Of a stretch of DNA of 64,000 nt, positions 32,776 through 46,998 are shown piece after piece. The DNA comes from Angustibacter luteus (GTDB lineage Bacteria > Actinomycetota > Actinomycetes > Actinomycetales > Angustibacteraceae). The position numbers were made by a program, and so were the translations under genes. Below the pieces are notes generated by a model, which was given only the letters and a program-made list of their open reading frames with translations, was not told where the DNA came from and did not search any database. Location: contig NZ_BAABFP010000007.1 of assembly GCF_039541115.1 (NCBI RefSeq), forward strand, positions 496,001 through 560,000. Reading direction: 5' to 3'. Each line of letters starts with the position of its first letter. Position 1 is the stretch's first letter.

Positions 32776-33996
32776 TCAGCGGACCGTGAACGCCACGGTG
32801 TCCTGGACCGGGTCTCCCGAACCGGAAGCCGGTAGCGCGTAGGCCCGGAACGTGTACTGGCCCGCGGGCACGTCCACCAACCGCACCGACCAGGCGCCGG
32901 TGTCCGGGCAGCCGCTGCTGGCCGTGAGGTGCCCGGACCGGACGACCTCTGCGCCGGACAGCAGCTCCCAGGACAGCGCCGCCTCGAAGACGCACGCCCG
33001 ACCGCTGACGGTCAGCGGCGCGGTCAGCGAAGCCTGTGGCCGCGGACTGTCGATCGCGACCATGCTTTCCGACTGCTGGCCGCTGGATTGGCCGGACGGC
33101 GCTTGGCCGGACGGCGCTTGGCCGGACGGCGCCTGGGATGACGGCGCCTGGGATGCCGGTGCGGTGGTCGGTCCGACGGCCGGGTCGCGGAACATGGCGT
33201 CGCCGACCGGCGTCGAGCCGAACAGCAGCCCCGGGCTGCCGCCGATCAGGATCCTCACTCCCATGGACGCGTCCTGCTGCACGGCGGTCGCCGTCCAGAC
33301 CAGCTGCTGGGCGGCGAGGCGGGCCTGCGCCGCGCTCCGGCCGTGCGCCGCGCCCTCGGTGGCCGGGAGGTCGATGGTCAGCAGTCCGTCAGCGGGACCT
33401 TCGAGACGCAACGGCCCCGTGCGCGGTTGCCACGGCGCGCCGTGCGCCGCCTCCTGCACCGCCGTGGGGTCGGTGGCGTCGTCCAGGGCCTGCTGCATCC
33501 GTTGGCGCGGGCTGGCGAGCGTGCGCCGGTGCCACTCGCGGGCCAGCCGCAGCCCGTCGCCGTCCTGCTGCACGTAGTAGACCGGCAGCGCGTACGCCAC
33601 GGCGTTGCCACCGCCGCTCGAGGCCGTGCTCGGGGCACTGGAGGACGTCGTCCGCGGGCCGGTCACCGGTGGGCTGGCGACGGTCGGCGCGGTGCCGACG
33701 TCCGTGCTGTGCCCGGTCGGCGGGGAGAGCGCGGTGCCCGACCCGTTCAGCGCCAACGCCCCGCCGCCGGCCACTGCGACCAGCGCGGTGCAGGCGGCCG
33801 CGGCGACGAGCCAGGGCCGTCGCTCGCGCCGGGCGGTCGTCGCCGCCCGGAGCTCGGCGATCCGGTCGCCGGGCTGCAACGCCGACGCGTCGTGCTCCAG
33901 GGTGTCGACCACCGCCGCCACGGCCGCGTCGTCCGCGGGCTCGGGCAGGTCGCCCAGCCACTGCGGCGGGGTGGCGCCGGTGCCGTCGTCGCTCAT
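32776..33996 (-). CDS. Membrane-anchored GerMN/Gmad2-like protein, probable anti-sigma factor
   Basis: One TM helix, Pro/Ser/Thr linker, LPVYY, QQLVWTAT, C-terminal VSGRACVFEA; coupled to an ECF sigma gene. Confidence 0.75.
   Translation of the reverse strand: MSDDGTGATPPQWLGDLPEPADDAAVAAVVDTLEHDASALQPGDRIAELRAATTARRERRPWLVAAAACTALVAVAGGGALALNGSGTALSPPTGHSTDVGTAPTVASPPVTGPRTTSSSAPSTASSGGGNAVAYALPVYYVQQDGDGLRLAREWHRRTLASPRQRMQQALDDATDPTAVQEAAHGAPWQPRTGPLRLEGPADGLLTIDLPATEGAAHGRSAAQARLAAQQLVWTATAVQQDASMGVRILIGGSPGLLFGSTPVGDAMFRDPAVGPTTAPASQAPSSQAPSGQAPSGQAPSGQSSGQQSESMVAIDSPRPQASLTAPLTVSGRACVFEAALSWELLSGAEVVRSGHLTASSGCPDTGAWSVRLVDVPAGQYTFRAYALPASGSGDPVQDTVAFTVR
33087..33155 (-). repeat. 15-bp tandem repeat encoding QAPS(S/G) linker units
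   Basis: TTGGCCGGACGGCGC-type units in tandem. Confidence 0.8.
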
Positions 33997-34592
33997 CGGG
34001 CGCCCGTCCCCTCGTCGAGCCCGGCCAGACTGACCCGCACCGCGGCGATCGCGCGGTGGGCGTGGCTCTTCACCGCGCCGCGGGTGATCTGCAGGGTCTG
34101 GGCGATCTCGGACTCAGACAGGCCCAGGTGGTAGCGCAGCACGAGCACCTCGCGCTGGCGGGTAGGCAGCTTGGCCAGGGCGTCGTTCACGGCCTGGCGC
34201 CGCGCGCCGGCCAGCACGACGTCCTCGGCGCTGGGGCCGGCCCGCTCCGCGAGCGAACGCGGCTCGCCGGCGGTGGGGCCGCCCGCGGCGGCCCAGCGCT
34301 GACGCACGCTGCGTCGGCGCAGCGTGCTGCGCGAACCGTTGACCACGGCGACCCGCAGGTAGGCGAGGGCCTGGTCGTGGTCGGCCATCCGTCGCCAGCG
34401 ACGGTGCACGGCGATGAAGGCGTCCTGGACGACCTCCTCGGCCAGCGGCAGGTCGCGGACGAGCAGGTACGACAAGCGCACCAGGGCGCGCCAGTGCGCG
34501 CGGTAGAGCTCGGTGAGGGCCTCGTCGGCGGTCCAGCGGGCGCTCTCGTCGGGCAACGCGGCGGTGGACGCGGCGACCTGGTCCGAGGCCAT
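33993..34592 (-). CDS. ECF sigma factor, SigE family (alternative start 34631)
   Basis: AEEVVQDAF, AYLRVAVVN, LPTRQREVLVLRY, GAVKSHAHR; GGAGGTGA SD before ATG at 34592. Confidence 0.9.
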   Translation of the reverse strand: MASDQVAASTAALPDESARWTADEALTELYRAHWRALVRLSYLLVRDLPLAEEVVQDAFIAVHRRWRRMADHDQALAYLRVAVVNGSRSTLRRRSVRQRWAAAGGPTAGEPRSLAERAGPSAEDVVLAGARRQAVNDALAKLPTRQREVLVLRYHLGLSESEIAQTLQITRGAVKSHAHRAIAAVRVSLAGLDEGTGAR

Positions 34593-34639
34593 CGCCGTCA
34601 CCTCCCGTCGCGGGCTGAGCAGCGCCTCCATGGTGGTCC

Positions 34640-34666
34640 CACGCGCGGGCGACCGGAAAGGTTGTC
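34640..34666 (-). promoter_or_regulatory. Putative autoregulatory ECF promoter CAAC-N17-CGTG
   Basis: Minus strand GACAAC-ctttccggtcgcccgcg-CGTG upstream of the sigma gene. Confidence 0.5.
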
Positions 34667-34695
34667 ATCGAACGACGCGCCGGTAATCTCGCCGG

Positions 34696-35058
34696 GTGAG
34701 CACCGACCAGCGTCCACATGACCCGCAGTGCCCGTTCTGTCGCATCGTCGCGGGTGAGATCCCGGCCGACGTGGTGGCGCAGGACGACCAGGCCATCGCC
34801 TTCCGCGACCTGGATCCCCAGGCCCCTCTGCACGTTCTGGTGGTGCCGCGAGCGCACTACCCGGACGTCGCCACGCTGGCCGTGGGCGACCCGGAGGCCC
34901 TCGTCGCCGTGGCCCGGCTGGCGGCCACGGTCGCCGCGGACGAGAACGGCGGCCAGTTCCGCCTCGTCTTCAACAGCGGCGCCCAGGCGCAGCAGAGCGT
35001 CTTCCACGTGCACGGGCACGTGCTCGGCGGGCGTGACCTGACCTGGCCGCCCGGCTGA
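34696..35058 (+). CDS. HIT family nucleotide hydrolase
   Basis: CPFCRI, PQAPLHVLVVP, QSVFHVHGHV. Confidence 0.93.
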   Translation: MSTDQRPHDPQCPFCRIVAGEIPADVVAQDDQAIAFRDLDPQAPLHVLVVPRAHYPDVATLAVGDPEALVAVARLAATVAADENGGQFRLVFNSGAQAQQSVFHVHGHVLGGRDLTWPPG

Positions 35059-36476
35059 TGGCCGCCGCTCAGCCTCCTGTCGACGGGGCTCGCCCACTGC
35101 CGACGGATGTCGCAGAGTCGTTGCAGCACAAGGTCTCACGGGCCCAGACGGACTGGCGGTCGCCGTCCGTCGTGGTGCGGGTGGTGCGTCGCGGTGAGGT
35201 CCAGTTGGATGCCTGGGCGGGTTCGGCGGACCTCGGTCCCGACGGCACCGCGGACCCGGCCCTGCTGGAGCCCGGGCCCGACGTCCAGTACCGGATGGGG
35301 TCGATCACCAAGACGTTCACGGCGGCCCTGGTGCTGCAGGCGCGCGACGACGGGCTGCTCGACCTGGACGACCGGCTCGAGGCGCACCTGGACGTCCCGG
35401 CGCACGGCCAGGTCACCCTGCGCCGGATGCTCTGCCACCTGTCCGGGCTGCAGCGCGAGCCGGTCGGGGACGTCTGGGAGTCGTTGCGGGGCCCGGACCT
35501 CGACACGATGCTGGCCGACCTGGCTGCCGCCGACGCGGTGCTCTCGCCGCAGCAGCGCTGGCACTACTCGAACCTGGCGTACGCGCTGCTCGGGCAGGTC
35601 GCGGCGCAGGTGCGCGGCGGCACCTGGGCCGAGGTGCTCGCGGACCGGGTCCTGCGCCCGCTGGGCCTGACCAGGACGACCGTCGACCCGACGCCGCCGA
35701 CCGCACGTGGGTACTTCGTCGACCCGTACGCCGACCGGCTGCGGCCCGAGCCGCTGTTCCCCGGCTTCGCGTTCGCCCCCGCCGCGGAGCTGTGGACGAC
35801 CACGACCGACCTGGCCCGCTGGGCCGCCTTCTGGGCCGAGCCCGACGAGGCCGTGCTGAAGGCCTCGACGGTCGCCGAGATGACCCACCTGCACGCGATG
35901 GCCGACCTGCAGCAGTGGACCCTCGGCTGGGGCCTCGGGCTGATGCTGCACCGGCGTGGCGAGCGGTTCTTCGTCGGCCACGACGGCGCGATGCCGGGGT
36001 TCCTGGCCAGCATGGTCGTGCACCGGGACAGCGGACTCGGTGTCGTCGCGCTGACCAGCACGAGCCGGGCGGCCGACCCGTTCAGCCTGGCGGTCGATCT
36101 CGCCGAGACCGTGCTGGACGCCGTCCCGGACCTGCCGTCGGCCTGGCGGCCCGGAGCGGCGGTTCCCGCCGACGTCGAAGGTCTGCTCGGTACCTGGTGG
36201 ACCGAGGGCATGGAGTTCGCGGCGTCCTGGCGCGCCGGCAGCGAGCCGGACGTCGACGGCGAGGAGGGCGGCCACCTGGAGCTGCGGGCGGCCGGTGCTG
36301 CGGCGTCCCGGCCCCCGGCGGTGCTGCGACGGGACGGCGAGGACCGGTGGCGCGTCGTGTCCGGGCGCGAGCAGGGTGAGGCGCTGCGCGTCGTCCGGGA
36401 CGAGGCGGGGCTGCCCACCCGGCTGTACTGGGCGACGTACCCGATGACCCGCCAGCCGCTGCCCTTCGGGGCCTGA
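35058..36476 (+). CDS. Serine hydrolase, beta-lactamase/AmpC-like family
   Basis: SITK (SxxK), HYSN (YxN), GHDG. Confidence 0.88.
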   Translation: MAAAQPPVDGARPLPTDVAESLQHKVSRAQTDWRSPSVVVRVVRRGEVQLDAWAGSADLGPDGTADPALLEPGPDVQYRMGSITKTFTAALVLQARDDGLLDLDDRLEAHLDVPAHGQVTLRRMLCHLSGLQREPVGDVWESLRGPDLDTMLADLAAADAVLSPQQRWHYSNLAYALLGQVAAQVRGGTWAEVLADRVLRPLGLTRTTVDPTPPTARGYFVDPYADRLRPEPLFPGFAFAPAAELWTTTTDLARWAAFWAEPDEAVLKASTVAEMTHLHAMADLQQWTLGWGLGLMLHRRGERFFVGHDGAMPGFLASMVVHRDSGLGVVALTSTSRAADPFSLAVDLAETVLDAVPDLPSAWRPGAAVPADVEGLLGTWWTEGMEFAASWRAGSEPDVDGEEGGHLELRAAGAAASRPPAVLRRDGEDRWRVVSGREQGEALRVVRDEAGLPTRLYWATYPMTRQPLPFGA

Positions 36477-36594
36477 GCGGGGAGCGGCTGGCCCGTCCTG
36501 CGGCGAAATGGACGGGTGGCCTGTCGGTCCGCGCGGCTACGATGGTCGGGTCTTGGCGTCACCACGAAGGGATCGACAGGCCACCAGGCTGCCC

Positions 36595-37674
36595 ATGAGC
36601 GACACACCGACTGATACCTCGAGCGAGACCCCCAGCGATACCCCCGGCCCTGACCCGAGCCCTGGCGCCCAGGTGCCGCACACCATCGTGGTCGCCGCCG
36701 AGGTCCCCATGGTCTCCCTGCTCGGCCCCGGCGACGAGCTGCTGCGCACCATCGAGCGCGCGTTCCCGCGGCTCGACGTGCACGTGCGCGGCAACGAGAT
36801 CACGCTGAACGGCCCCCCGGCCGAGGTGGCCCTGCTCGAGCGGCTGGTCGACGAGCTGCTCGTGGTGATCGCCTCCGGTCAGCCGCTGACCCGCGACGCG
36901 GTCGACCGGTCCGTCGCGATGCTGCGCCAGCAGACGACGGAGCGCCCCGCCGACGTCCTGACCATGAACATCCTGTCCAACCGCGGTAAGAAGATCCGCC
37001 CGAAGACGTTGAACCAGAAGCGGTACGTCGACGCGATCGACGACAACACGGTGGTGTTCGGGATCGGCCCGGCCGGCACCGGCAAGACGTACCTGGCGAT
37101 GGCCAAGGCCGTGCAGGCGCTGCAGGCCAAGCGGGTCAACCGGATCATCCTGACCCGTCCGGCCGTCGAGGCGGGTGAGCGCCTGGGCTTCCTGCCGGGC
37201 ACGCTGACGGAGAAGATCGATCCGTACCTGCGCCCGCTGTACGACGCGCTGCACGACATGCTCGACCCGGACTCGATCCCGCGGCTGATGGCGGCCGGCA
37301 CGATCGAGGTCGCGCCGCTGGCGTACATGCGCGGCCGCTCGCTGAACGACGCGTTCATCATCCTCGACGAGGCGCAGAACACCTCGGCCGAGCAGATGAA
37401 GATGTTCCTCACCCGGCTCGGGTTCGGCTCGAAGATCGTGGTCACCGGCGACGTCACGCAGGTCGACCTGCCGGCCGGGACGACGTCCGGGCTGCGCATC
37501 GTGCAGGACATCCTGGACGACCTCGACGACGTGCACTTCGCGCTCCTGACCAGCCAGGACGTCGTCCGGCACCCCCTGGTGGGGCAGATCGTCGACGCGT
37601 ACGGGCGCTGGGACGCGCTGCGCACCGGTGCGCCGCTCGCCGGCAACCGGGCCGCCCGTCGCGGCCGGCGATGA
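36595..37674 (+). CDS. phoH: PhoH family ATPase
   Basis: [32 protein letters not shown]. Confidence 0.95.
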   Translation: MSDTPTDTSSETPSDTPGPDPSPGAQVPHTIVVAAEVPMVSLLGPGDELLRTIERAFPRLDVHVRGNEITLNGPPAEVALLERLVDELLVVIASGQPLTRDAVDRSVAMLRQQTTERPADVLTMNILSNRGKKIRPKTLNQKRYVDAIDDNTVVFGIGPAGTGKTYLAMAKAVQALQAKRVNRIILTRPAVEAGERLGFLPGTLTEKIDPYLRPLYDALHDMLDPDSIPRLMAAGTIEVAPLAYMRGRSLNDAFIILDEAQNTSAEQMKMFLTRLGFGSKIVVTGDVTQVDLPAGTTSGLRIVQDILDDLDDVHFALLTSQDVVRHPLVGQIVDAYGRWDALRTGAPLAGNRAARRGRR

Positions 37675-37678
37675 GCCG

Positions 37679-38146
37679 ATGAGCATCGAGGTCAACAACG
37701 AGACCAGCTACGTCTGCGACGAGCACGAGCTGGTGCGGCTCTCGCGCTACGTGCTGGACGAGCTGCGGGTGCACCCGCAGGCCGAGCTGTCCATCGTGCT
37801 GGTCGACGAGGACGCGATGGAGCGGCTCCACGTGCAGTGGATGGACCTGCCCGGCCCGACCGACGTGATGAGCTTCCCGATGGACGAGCTGCGCCCCGGC
37901 AGCGACGACGTCGAGCCGGAGCCCGGGCTGCTGGGCGACGTCGTGCTCTGCCCGACCGTTGCCGCGGCGCAGGCTGTGCAGGCCGGCCACACGGCAGAGG
38001 AGGAGCTGCTGCTGCTGACCACGCACGGCATCCTGCACCTGCTCGGCTACGACCACGCCGAACCGGACGAGGAGAAGGCGATGTTCGAGCTCCAGCGACG
38101 GCTGCTGCTCACGTTCCTGGCCGGCCGGGGCCGACCCGAGTCATGA
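37679..38146 (+). CDS. ybeY: rRNA maturation endoribonuclease
   Basis: PTDVMSF and [11 protein letters not shown]. Confidence 0.96.
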   Translation: MSIEVNNETSYVCDEHELVRLSRYVLDELRVHPQAELSIVLVDEDAMERLHVQWMDLPGPTDVMSFPMDELRPGSDDVEPEPGLLGDVVLCPTVAAAQAVQAGHTAEEELLLLTTHGILHLLGYDHAEPDEEKAMFELQRRLLLTFLAGRGRPES

Positions 38147-39456
38147 TCACGCCCGATCTGCGGCTGGCCTTCGCGGTCGTCCTGCTCGTGGTGTTCGCGG
38201 CCGCGCTGGCGGCCGCTGAGGCCTCGGTGTCGAAGGTGACCCGGGTGCGTGCCGAACAGCTGGTGGACGACGGACGCCGTGGTTCGCCGTCCCTGCTCAC
38301 CGTGGTCAGCACGAGCGGTCCCTACCTGTCCGTGTCGACGTTCGTCCGGGTGGTCTGCGAGTCCTTCGCGGCCGTGTTCGTGACGATCACCTGCGCCGGC
38401 GCGTTCGACCGGCAGTGGGTCGCCCTGCTCGTCGCCGCGGGGATCATGGTGGTCGCCTCGTTCGTGCTGGTCGGCGTCAGCCCGCGCACCGTCGGCCGCC
38501 AGCACGCCGAGACGGTGGCCCTGCTGAGCGCCCCGGTGCTGCTCTGGCTGTCGCGGGTGCTCGGTCCTTTGGCCCGGCTGCTGGTCGCGCTGGGCAACGC
38601 GGTCACCCCCGGGCGCGGCTACCGGGACGGGCCGTTCTCGACCGAGTCCGAGCTGCGCGAGCTGCTCGACCTGGCCGGCGAGAACGCGGTCATCGAAGCC
38701 TCCGAGCAGCAGATGCTGCACTCGGTCTTCGAGCTCGGCGACACCATCGTTCGCGAGGTCATGGTGCCGCGCACCGACATGGTGACCATCGAGCACGACA
38801 AGGTCCTGCGCCAGGCGATCTCGCTGTTCCTGCGCTCCGGCTTCTCCCGGATCCCCGTCGTCGACGGTGGACCGGACGACGTCCTGGGCATGCTCTACCT
38901 GAAGGACGTGACCCGGCGGGTCTACAGCGACGCCGCGGCCGAGCAGTCCGTGCCGGTGCGCGACGTGATGCGACCCGTGCACTACGTGCCCGAGAGCAAG
39001 CCCGTTGACGACCTGCTGCGCGAGATGCAGCGCGACCAGACGCACGTCGCCATCGTCGTCGACGAGTACGGGGGCACCGCCGGGCTGGTCACCATCGAGG
39101 ACGTGCTCGAGGAGATCGTCGGCGAGATCACGGACGAGTACGACCGTGAGGCGGACGCCTACGAGACCCTGGACGACGGTGGGTTCCGGGTGCTGGCCAC
39201 CATGCACGTCGACGAGCTGGGCGAGCTGTTCGACCTCGAGCTGGACGACGAGGACGTCGACACCGTGGGCGGCCTGCTCGGCAAGGCTCTCGGGCGGGTG
39301 CCGATCCCGGGCGCCCGCGCCGTCGTCGAAGGGCTTGAGCTCACGGCCGAACGGCCGGCCGGTCGCCGGCACCGCATCGCCACCGTGCTGGTGCGCGACG
39401 TACGGGCGGAGCAGCACGCGGACGCCGAGCGTGCCGACCCTGCGACACTGGCCTGA
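38143..39456 (+). CDS. Hemolysin/CNNM-CBS-CorC family protein
   Basis: TM N-terminus, [23 protein letters not shown]. Confidence 0.92.
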   Translation: MITPDLRLAFAVVLLVVFAAALAAAEASVSKVTRVRAEQLVDDGRRGSPSLLTVVSTSGPYLSVSTFVRVVCESFAAVFVTITCAGAFDRQWVALLVAAGIMVVASFVLVGVSPRTVGRQHAETVALLSAPVLLWLSRVLGPLARLLVALGNAVTPGRGYRDGPFSTESELRELLDLAGENAVIEASEQQMLHSVFELGDTIVREVMVPRTDMVTIEHDKVLRQAISLFLRSGFSRIPVVDGGPDDVLGMLYLKDVTRRVYSDAAAEQSVPVRDVMRPVHYVPESKPVDDLLREMQRDQTHVAIVVDEYGGTAGLVTIEDVLEEIVGEITDEYDREADAYETLDDGGFRVLATMHVDELGELFDLELDDEDVDTVGGLLGKALGRVPIPGARAVVEGLELTAERPAGRRHRIATVLVRDVRAEQHADAERADPATLA

Positions 39457-40382
39457 TGTCGCCAGCTGAGGTCGCCCACCGGTCCGGCTTCGCCTGCATC
39501 GTCGGCCGACCCAACGCGGGCAAGTCCACCCTGACGAACGCGCTGGTCGGCGAGAAGGTCGCCATCACCTCGTCCAAGCCGCAGACCACCCGGCACGCCA
39601 TCCGCGGCATCATCACCCGGCCCGACGCCCAGCTCGTGCTCGTCGACACCCCCGGCCTGCACCGGCCCAGGACCCTGCTCGGGCAGCGCCTCAACGATGT
39701 CGTCCGCGAGACGTTGACGGAGGTCGACGTGGTCGGGTTCTGCCTGCCCGCCGACCAGAAGGTCGGCCCCGGCGACCGGTTCATCGCCGCCGAGCTGGCC
39801 ACGATCCGGCGCGAGGGCCGCGGTACGCCGGTCGTGGCCATCGCGACGAAGATCGACATGGTCGACCGGCAGCGGCTCACCGAGCACCTGCTGTCCATCG
39901 ACCGGCTGGGGGAGTGGGACGACATCGTCCCGGTGTCCGCCGTCCGCGGTGAGCAGGTCGACGTCGTCACCGACCTGCTCGTCAAGCACCTGCCCGCCGG
40001 GCCCGTCATGTACCCCAGCGGCGAGCTCACCGACGAGCCCGAGGCCGTGATGGTCGCCGAGCTCATCCGTGAGGCCGCGCTCGAAGGGGTACGCGACGAG
40101 CTGCCGCACAGCCTGGCCGTCGTCGTCGACGAGATGACACCCCGTGAGGGCCGCCCCGAGCACGACCCGATGCTGGAGATCCGGGTCATCCTCTTCGTCG
40201 AACGGTCCTCGCAGAAGGGGATCATCATCGGCAAGGGCGGCGCCCGGCTCAAAGAGGTCGGCACGAACGCCCGCCGCGGCATCGAGGCCCTGCTCGGCCA
40301 GAAGGTCTTCCTCGACCTGCACGTCAAGATCGCCAAGGACTGGCAGCGCGACCCCAAACAGCTTCAGCGCCTGGGCTTCTAG
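39456..40382 (+). CDS. era: GTPase Era
   Basis: GRPNAGKST, KPQTTR, DTPG, TKID, KH motif IIIGKGG. Confidence 0.97.
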   Translation: MSPAEVAHRSGFACIVGRPNAGKSTLTNALVGEKVAITSSKPQTTRHAIRGIITRPDAQLVLVDTPGLHRPRTLLGQRLNDVVRETLTEVDVVGFCLPADQKVGPGDRFIAAELATIRREGRGTPVVAIATKIDMVDRQRLTEHLLSIDRLGEWDDIVPVSAVRGEQVDVVTDLLVKHLPAGPVMYPSGELTDEPEAVMVAELIREAALEGVRDELPHSLAVVVDEMTPREGRPEHDPMLEIRVILFVERSSQKGIIIGKGGARLKEVGTNARRGIEALLGQKVFLDLHVKIAKDWQRDPKQLQRLGF

Positions 40383-40384
40383 CC

Positions 40385-41616
<1,232 letters not shown>

Positions 41617-41621
41617 CGCAG

Positions 41622-41657
41622 CCCGCGCCGTCCCCCGCGCCGTCCCCCGCGCCGTCC
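41622..41657 (+). repeat. 12-bp tandem repeat (CCCGCGCCGTCC) x3 abutting the REP-like element
   Basis: Read directly from sequence. Confidence 0.8.
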
Positions 41658-41720
41658 TCCCGCGGTGATCATGCACGTTCACCCCGCTCCCGGGGGCGAA
41701 CGTGCATGATCACGGCGGGG
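41656..41720 (-). repeat. Complete REP-like hairpin in opposite orientation to the copy upstream of asd
   Basis: GTGATCATGCACGTTCACCCC (41665-41685) - 7 nt loop - GGGGCGAACGTGCATGATCAC (41693-41713). Confidence 0.92.
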
Positions 41721-41790
41721 AGGGGGCGTCCGGAATGTGGGAGCGCACGCTCACTGCGTGGACGCCGGTCACCGGCCCGGCGTACGGTAA

Positions 41791-43692
<1,902 letters not shown>

Positions 43693-43783
43693 GCCGGCAC
43701 ACCTCGTCGAGTTGTCGCGATGGCCCGCGCGGCGGTCCCTCCACCGGGCACACTGACCCTGTCGGTGCAGCCGGGGGCGAGGG

Positions 43784-45376
43784 GTGGTGAGTTCGGTCGA
43801 CGGTGTCGTGACGTGCCCGAGCGAGTTCGGTCCCCTGGACCTGCTGTCCGACTGGGCGCACGAGCTCTACCTGGACGGGTTCTCCGAGCGGGCCGTCCGG
43901 GCGGCCCGGGAGGCCATCCCGGTGGCCGTCGGGGCCGGTGACCTGCGCACGCTGCGCTTCCTGCACTACACGTGCGGCGTCGCGCTGATCGAGCAGCGCC
44001 GGTGGGACGAGGCGATCACCTCCGCCCACAACCTGCTCGCGGTCATCGACCCCTGGGACGCCGCGTGGCGGGCCAAGGCGCTGTCCCTGCTCGGCGACGC
44101 GGGGCTGCGGCTGGGCCGCGCGTCGGCGGCGGTGGACGCGCTGGCGGAGGCGTACAGCCTGGTCGAGCACGAGCCCCCGCGCGTCTACAACGAGCTCAGC
44201 GCCACCATGGCCGTGGCCGCCACCCTGGGGCACGCCCAGCTGTTCGTGCCCGCCGACGCGCTCTTCCGGCTCTGCCTGTCCGCCCCGGCGGTGCGCGGGA
44301 ACACCGCCGCGACCCGGATCGCCCGGATCCTGGTGCTGCAGGAGTACTCCGTGCTGCACACGACCTGGGCCACGGCGCTGCAGCTCGACGGCCGGGTCGA
44401 CGAGGCCGGGCCGCACTTCGTGCGCAGCGCGGAGATCTCGCTGCACATGATGCAGCTCACGGCCGGCGAGGACGACGAGATGCACGCCCGGGCCGAGATG
44501 GTCGAGGCGTACACCCACCTGCACCTGGGTGAGGTCGGCCTGGCCGAGGCTCGGCTGCGGCACGCGTCGGCCCGGTTCGACATGCGGCCCGAGCTGCCCG
44601 AGGTGCAGATCGGCAAGCTCGGTCGGGCGCTGTGCCTGCGGGAGCGGGGCGAGTTCGCCGAGGCGCGTGAGCTGCTCGCCGGGGTCGTGGAGAGCGTCCA
44701 GGTCGCCGACCGGGTGGTCTGGGAGCTCGCCGCCCTGGTCACGATGGCCGAGGTCGAGGTCGCCGAGCACGGCACGCACCCCTCGACCCAGTACTACCGC
44801 CAGTCGGCCCAGGTGGCCTCGCACCGGCTGTGGATCGAGCGGGAGAGCCGGTTCTTCGCGCTTCGCGACCGGATCAGCCTGCGCGCGCTCGCGGCCGAGG
44901 CGTCCCAGCTGGGCAGGGACGCGATGATCGACCCGCTCACCGGGCTGGGCAACCGGCGGATGCTGGACGCCGGGATCGCGGAGTCGCTGGGCGGCGCCGC
45001 GTTGTTCGTGGACGTCGACCTGTTCAAGGACGTCAACGACCGGTTCTCGCACGCCGTCGGCGACGAGGTGCTCCGCCGGATCGCCGACATCCTGCGGGCG
45101 CACTGCCGCACGCACGACGTGGTGGTGCGGTTCGGCGGCGACGAGTTCGTCGTGCTCCTACCGGCGACCTACGCGGCCGAGGCCGCAGCGGTGGGCGAGC
45201 GGGTTCGCGCCGCGGTGCACCGCGAGCCCTGGCACGACCTGCGCGAGGGGCTGTCCGTCAGCGTCTCGGTCGGCGTCGCGGCGTCCGACGCCTCGCCGGA
45301 CCGCGTGCTCAAGGACGCGGACGCCGCGCTGTACGCGGCGAAGGAGTCCGGCCGCAACCGGGTCACCGTCTACTGA
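43784..45376 (+). CDS. Diguanylate cyclase with TPR-like helical N-terminus
   Basis: DPLTGLGNRR, DVDLFKDVND, RTHD I-site five residues before GGDEF, ADAALYAAK. Confidence 0.9.
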   Translation: MVSSVDGVVTCPSEFGPLDLLSDWAHELYLDGFSERAVRAAREAIPVAVGAGDLRTLRFLHYTCGVALIEQRRWDEAITSAHNLLAVIDPWDAAWRAKALSLLGDAGLRLGRASAAVDALAEAYSLVEHEPPRVYNELSATMAVAATLGHAQLFVPADALFRLCLSAPAVRGNTAATRIARILVLQEYSVLHTTWATALQLDGRVDEAGPHFVRSAEISLHMMQLTAGEDDEMHARAEMVEAYTHLHLGEVGLAEARLRHASARFDMRPELPEVQIGKLGRALCLRERGEFAEARELLAGVVESVQVADRVVWELAALVTMAEVEVAEHGTHPSTQYYRQSAQVASHRLWIERESRFFALRDRISLRALAAEASQLGRDAMIDPLTGLGNRRMLDAGIAESLGGAALFVDVDLFKDVNDRFSHAVGDEVLRRIADILRAHCRTHDVVVRFGGDEFVVLLPATYAAEAAAVGERVRAAVHREPWHDLREGLSVSVSVGVAASDASPDRVLKDADAALYAAKESGRNRVTVY

Positions 45377-45441
45377 CACCCGCGCCGCCGGTGCTGCGTG
45401 GCGGTGCGGCCGCTGTCGGTGGGACGTAGCACAATCACCGG

Positions 45442-46170
45442 GTGAGCCTGTACCGCGACGAGGCAATCGTCCTGCGCACCCACTCGTTGGGTGAGGCGGA
45501 CCGCATCGTCACGCTGCTCACGCGTGAGCGCGGCAAGGTGCGCGCCGTGGCGAAGGGCGTGCGCCGCACCCGCAGCCGGTTCGGGGCCCGGCTCGAGCCG
45601 TTCATGATGACCGACGTGCAGCTGTACGAGGGCCGCAACCTCGACACGGTGACCCAGGCCGAGACGATCGCGCCCTACGGCGAGCGACTGGTCAGTGACT
45701 ACCCGCGGTACACGGCGGGTGCCGCCATGCTCGAGACGGCCGACCGGCTCACCGAGGAGCGCGAGCCGGCGGTCCAGCAGTTCCTGCTGCTCGCCGGTGG
45801 GCTGCGCACCCTCTCCGACGGCGCGCACGACCCCAGCCTGGTGCTCGACGCCTACCTGCTGCGCTCGCTGTCCGTGGCCGGCTGGGCGCCGTCCTTCGTG
45901 GACTGCTCGCGCTGCGGTGCACCAGGCCCGCACCGCGCGTTCGCGGTGGCCTCGGGTGGGGTGGTCTGCCCGTCGTGCCGCCCGGCCGGGTCGGTGGGTC
46001 CGGCGCCGGCGACGCTGGAGCTGCTGGCCGCGTTGCTGGCCGGTGACTGGGACGTCGCGGACGCCAGCGAGGTGCGGTACCGCCGCGAGGGCAGCGGACT
46101 GGTCGCCGCCTACCTGCAGTGGCACCTGGAGCGGGGCGTGCGGTCCCTGCGCCTCGTGGAGCGCCTGTGA
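45442..46170 (+). CDS. recO: DNA repair protein RecO
   Basis: [22 protein letters not shown]4 zinc motif. Confidence 0.95.
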   Translation: MSLYRDEAIVLRTHSLGEADRIVTLLTRERGKVRAVAKGVRRTRSRFGARLEPFMMTDVQLYEGRNLDTVTQAETIAPYGERLVSDYPRYTAGAAMLETADRLTEEREPAVQQFLLLAGGLRTLSDGAHDPSLVLDAYLLRSLSVAGWAPSFVDCSRCGAPGPHRAFAVASGGVVCPSCRPAGSVGPAPATLELLAALLAGDWDVADASEVRYRREGSGLVAAYLQWHLERGVRSLRLVERL

Positions 46171-46997
46171 GGGCGCGCCGCGCGGACCGGTCGGGGACGT
46201 CGTCCACTCGTCCGGACCCGATCGCCCCACCGGCGCACGCGTCGGGCGCCCGGCCGCCCGACCTCCCGGCCGAGCTCGTGCCGAAGCACGTCGCCGTCGT
46301 GATGGACGGCAACGGACGGTGGGCGAACGCGCGGGGGCTGCCGCGCACCGAGGGCCATGCCCGCGGTGAGGCGGTCCTGCTGGACGTCGTGGCCGGCGCC
46401 ATCGAGGTCGGCGTCACCCACCTGTCGGCGTACGCGTTCTCGACGGAGAACTGGCGGCGCTCGCCGGACGAGGTGCGCTACCTCATGGGCTTCAACCGCG
46501 ACGTCATCCGCCGCCGGCGCGACGAGATGCACGAGTGGGGCGTGCGGGTGCGCTGGGCCGGGCGGCGTCCTCGCCTGTGGCGCAGCGTGATCCGCGAGCT
46601 CGAGGCGGCCGAGGAGCTCACCCGCGACAACACGGTGCTCACGCTCACGATGTGCGTGAACTACGGCGGTCGGGCCGAGATCGCGGACGCCGCTCGCGCG
46701 CTGGCGCAGGACGTCGCGGCCGGGCGGGTGTCGGCGGACCGGGTCGACGAGAAGGTGCTGGCCCGCTACCTCGACGAGCCCACGATGCCGGACGTCGACC
46801 TGTTCTGGCGCTCGTCGGGCGAGCAGCGGACCTCGAACTTCCTGCTCTGGCAGTCGGCGTACGCCGAGATGGTGTTCGACGACGTGCTGTGGCCGGACGT
46901 CGACCGGCGTGACCTGTGGCGAGCCATCGAGACGTACGCCAGCCGCGAGCGCCGGTACGGCGGCGCCGTCGACACCCCGGACGACACCGGCCTCTGA
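46167..46997 (+). CDS. uppS: Isoprenyl transferase (cis-prenyltransferase)
   Basis: [35 protein letters not shown]. Confidence 0.95.
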   Translation: MRARRADRSGTSSTRPDPIAPPAHASGARPPDLPAELVPKHVAVVMDGNGRWANARGLPRTEGHARGEAVLLDVVAGAIEVGVTHLSAYAFSTENWRRSPDEVRYLMGFNRDVIRRRRDEMHEWGVRVRWAGRRPRLWRSVIRELEAAEELTRDNTVLTLTMCVNYGGRAEIADAARALAQDVAAGRVSADRVDEKVLARYLDEPTMPDVDLFWRSSGEQRTSNFLLWQSAYAEMVFDDVLWPDVDRRDLWRAIETYASRERRYGGAVDTPDDTGL

Positions 46998-46998
46998 C

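Noticed and set aside
35058..36476. True beta-lactam resistance gene
   Set aside because: SxxK and YxN motifs are shared by many esterases and peptidases; there is no signal peptide, so substrate cannot be assigned.
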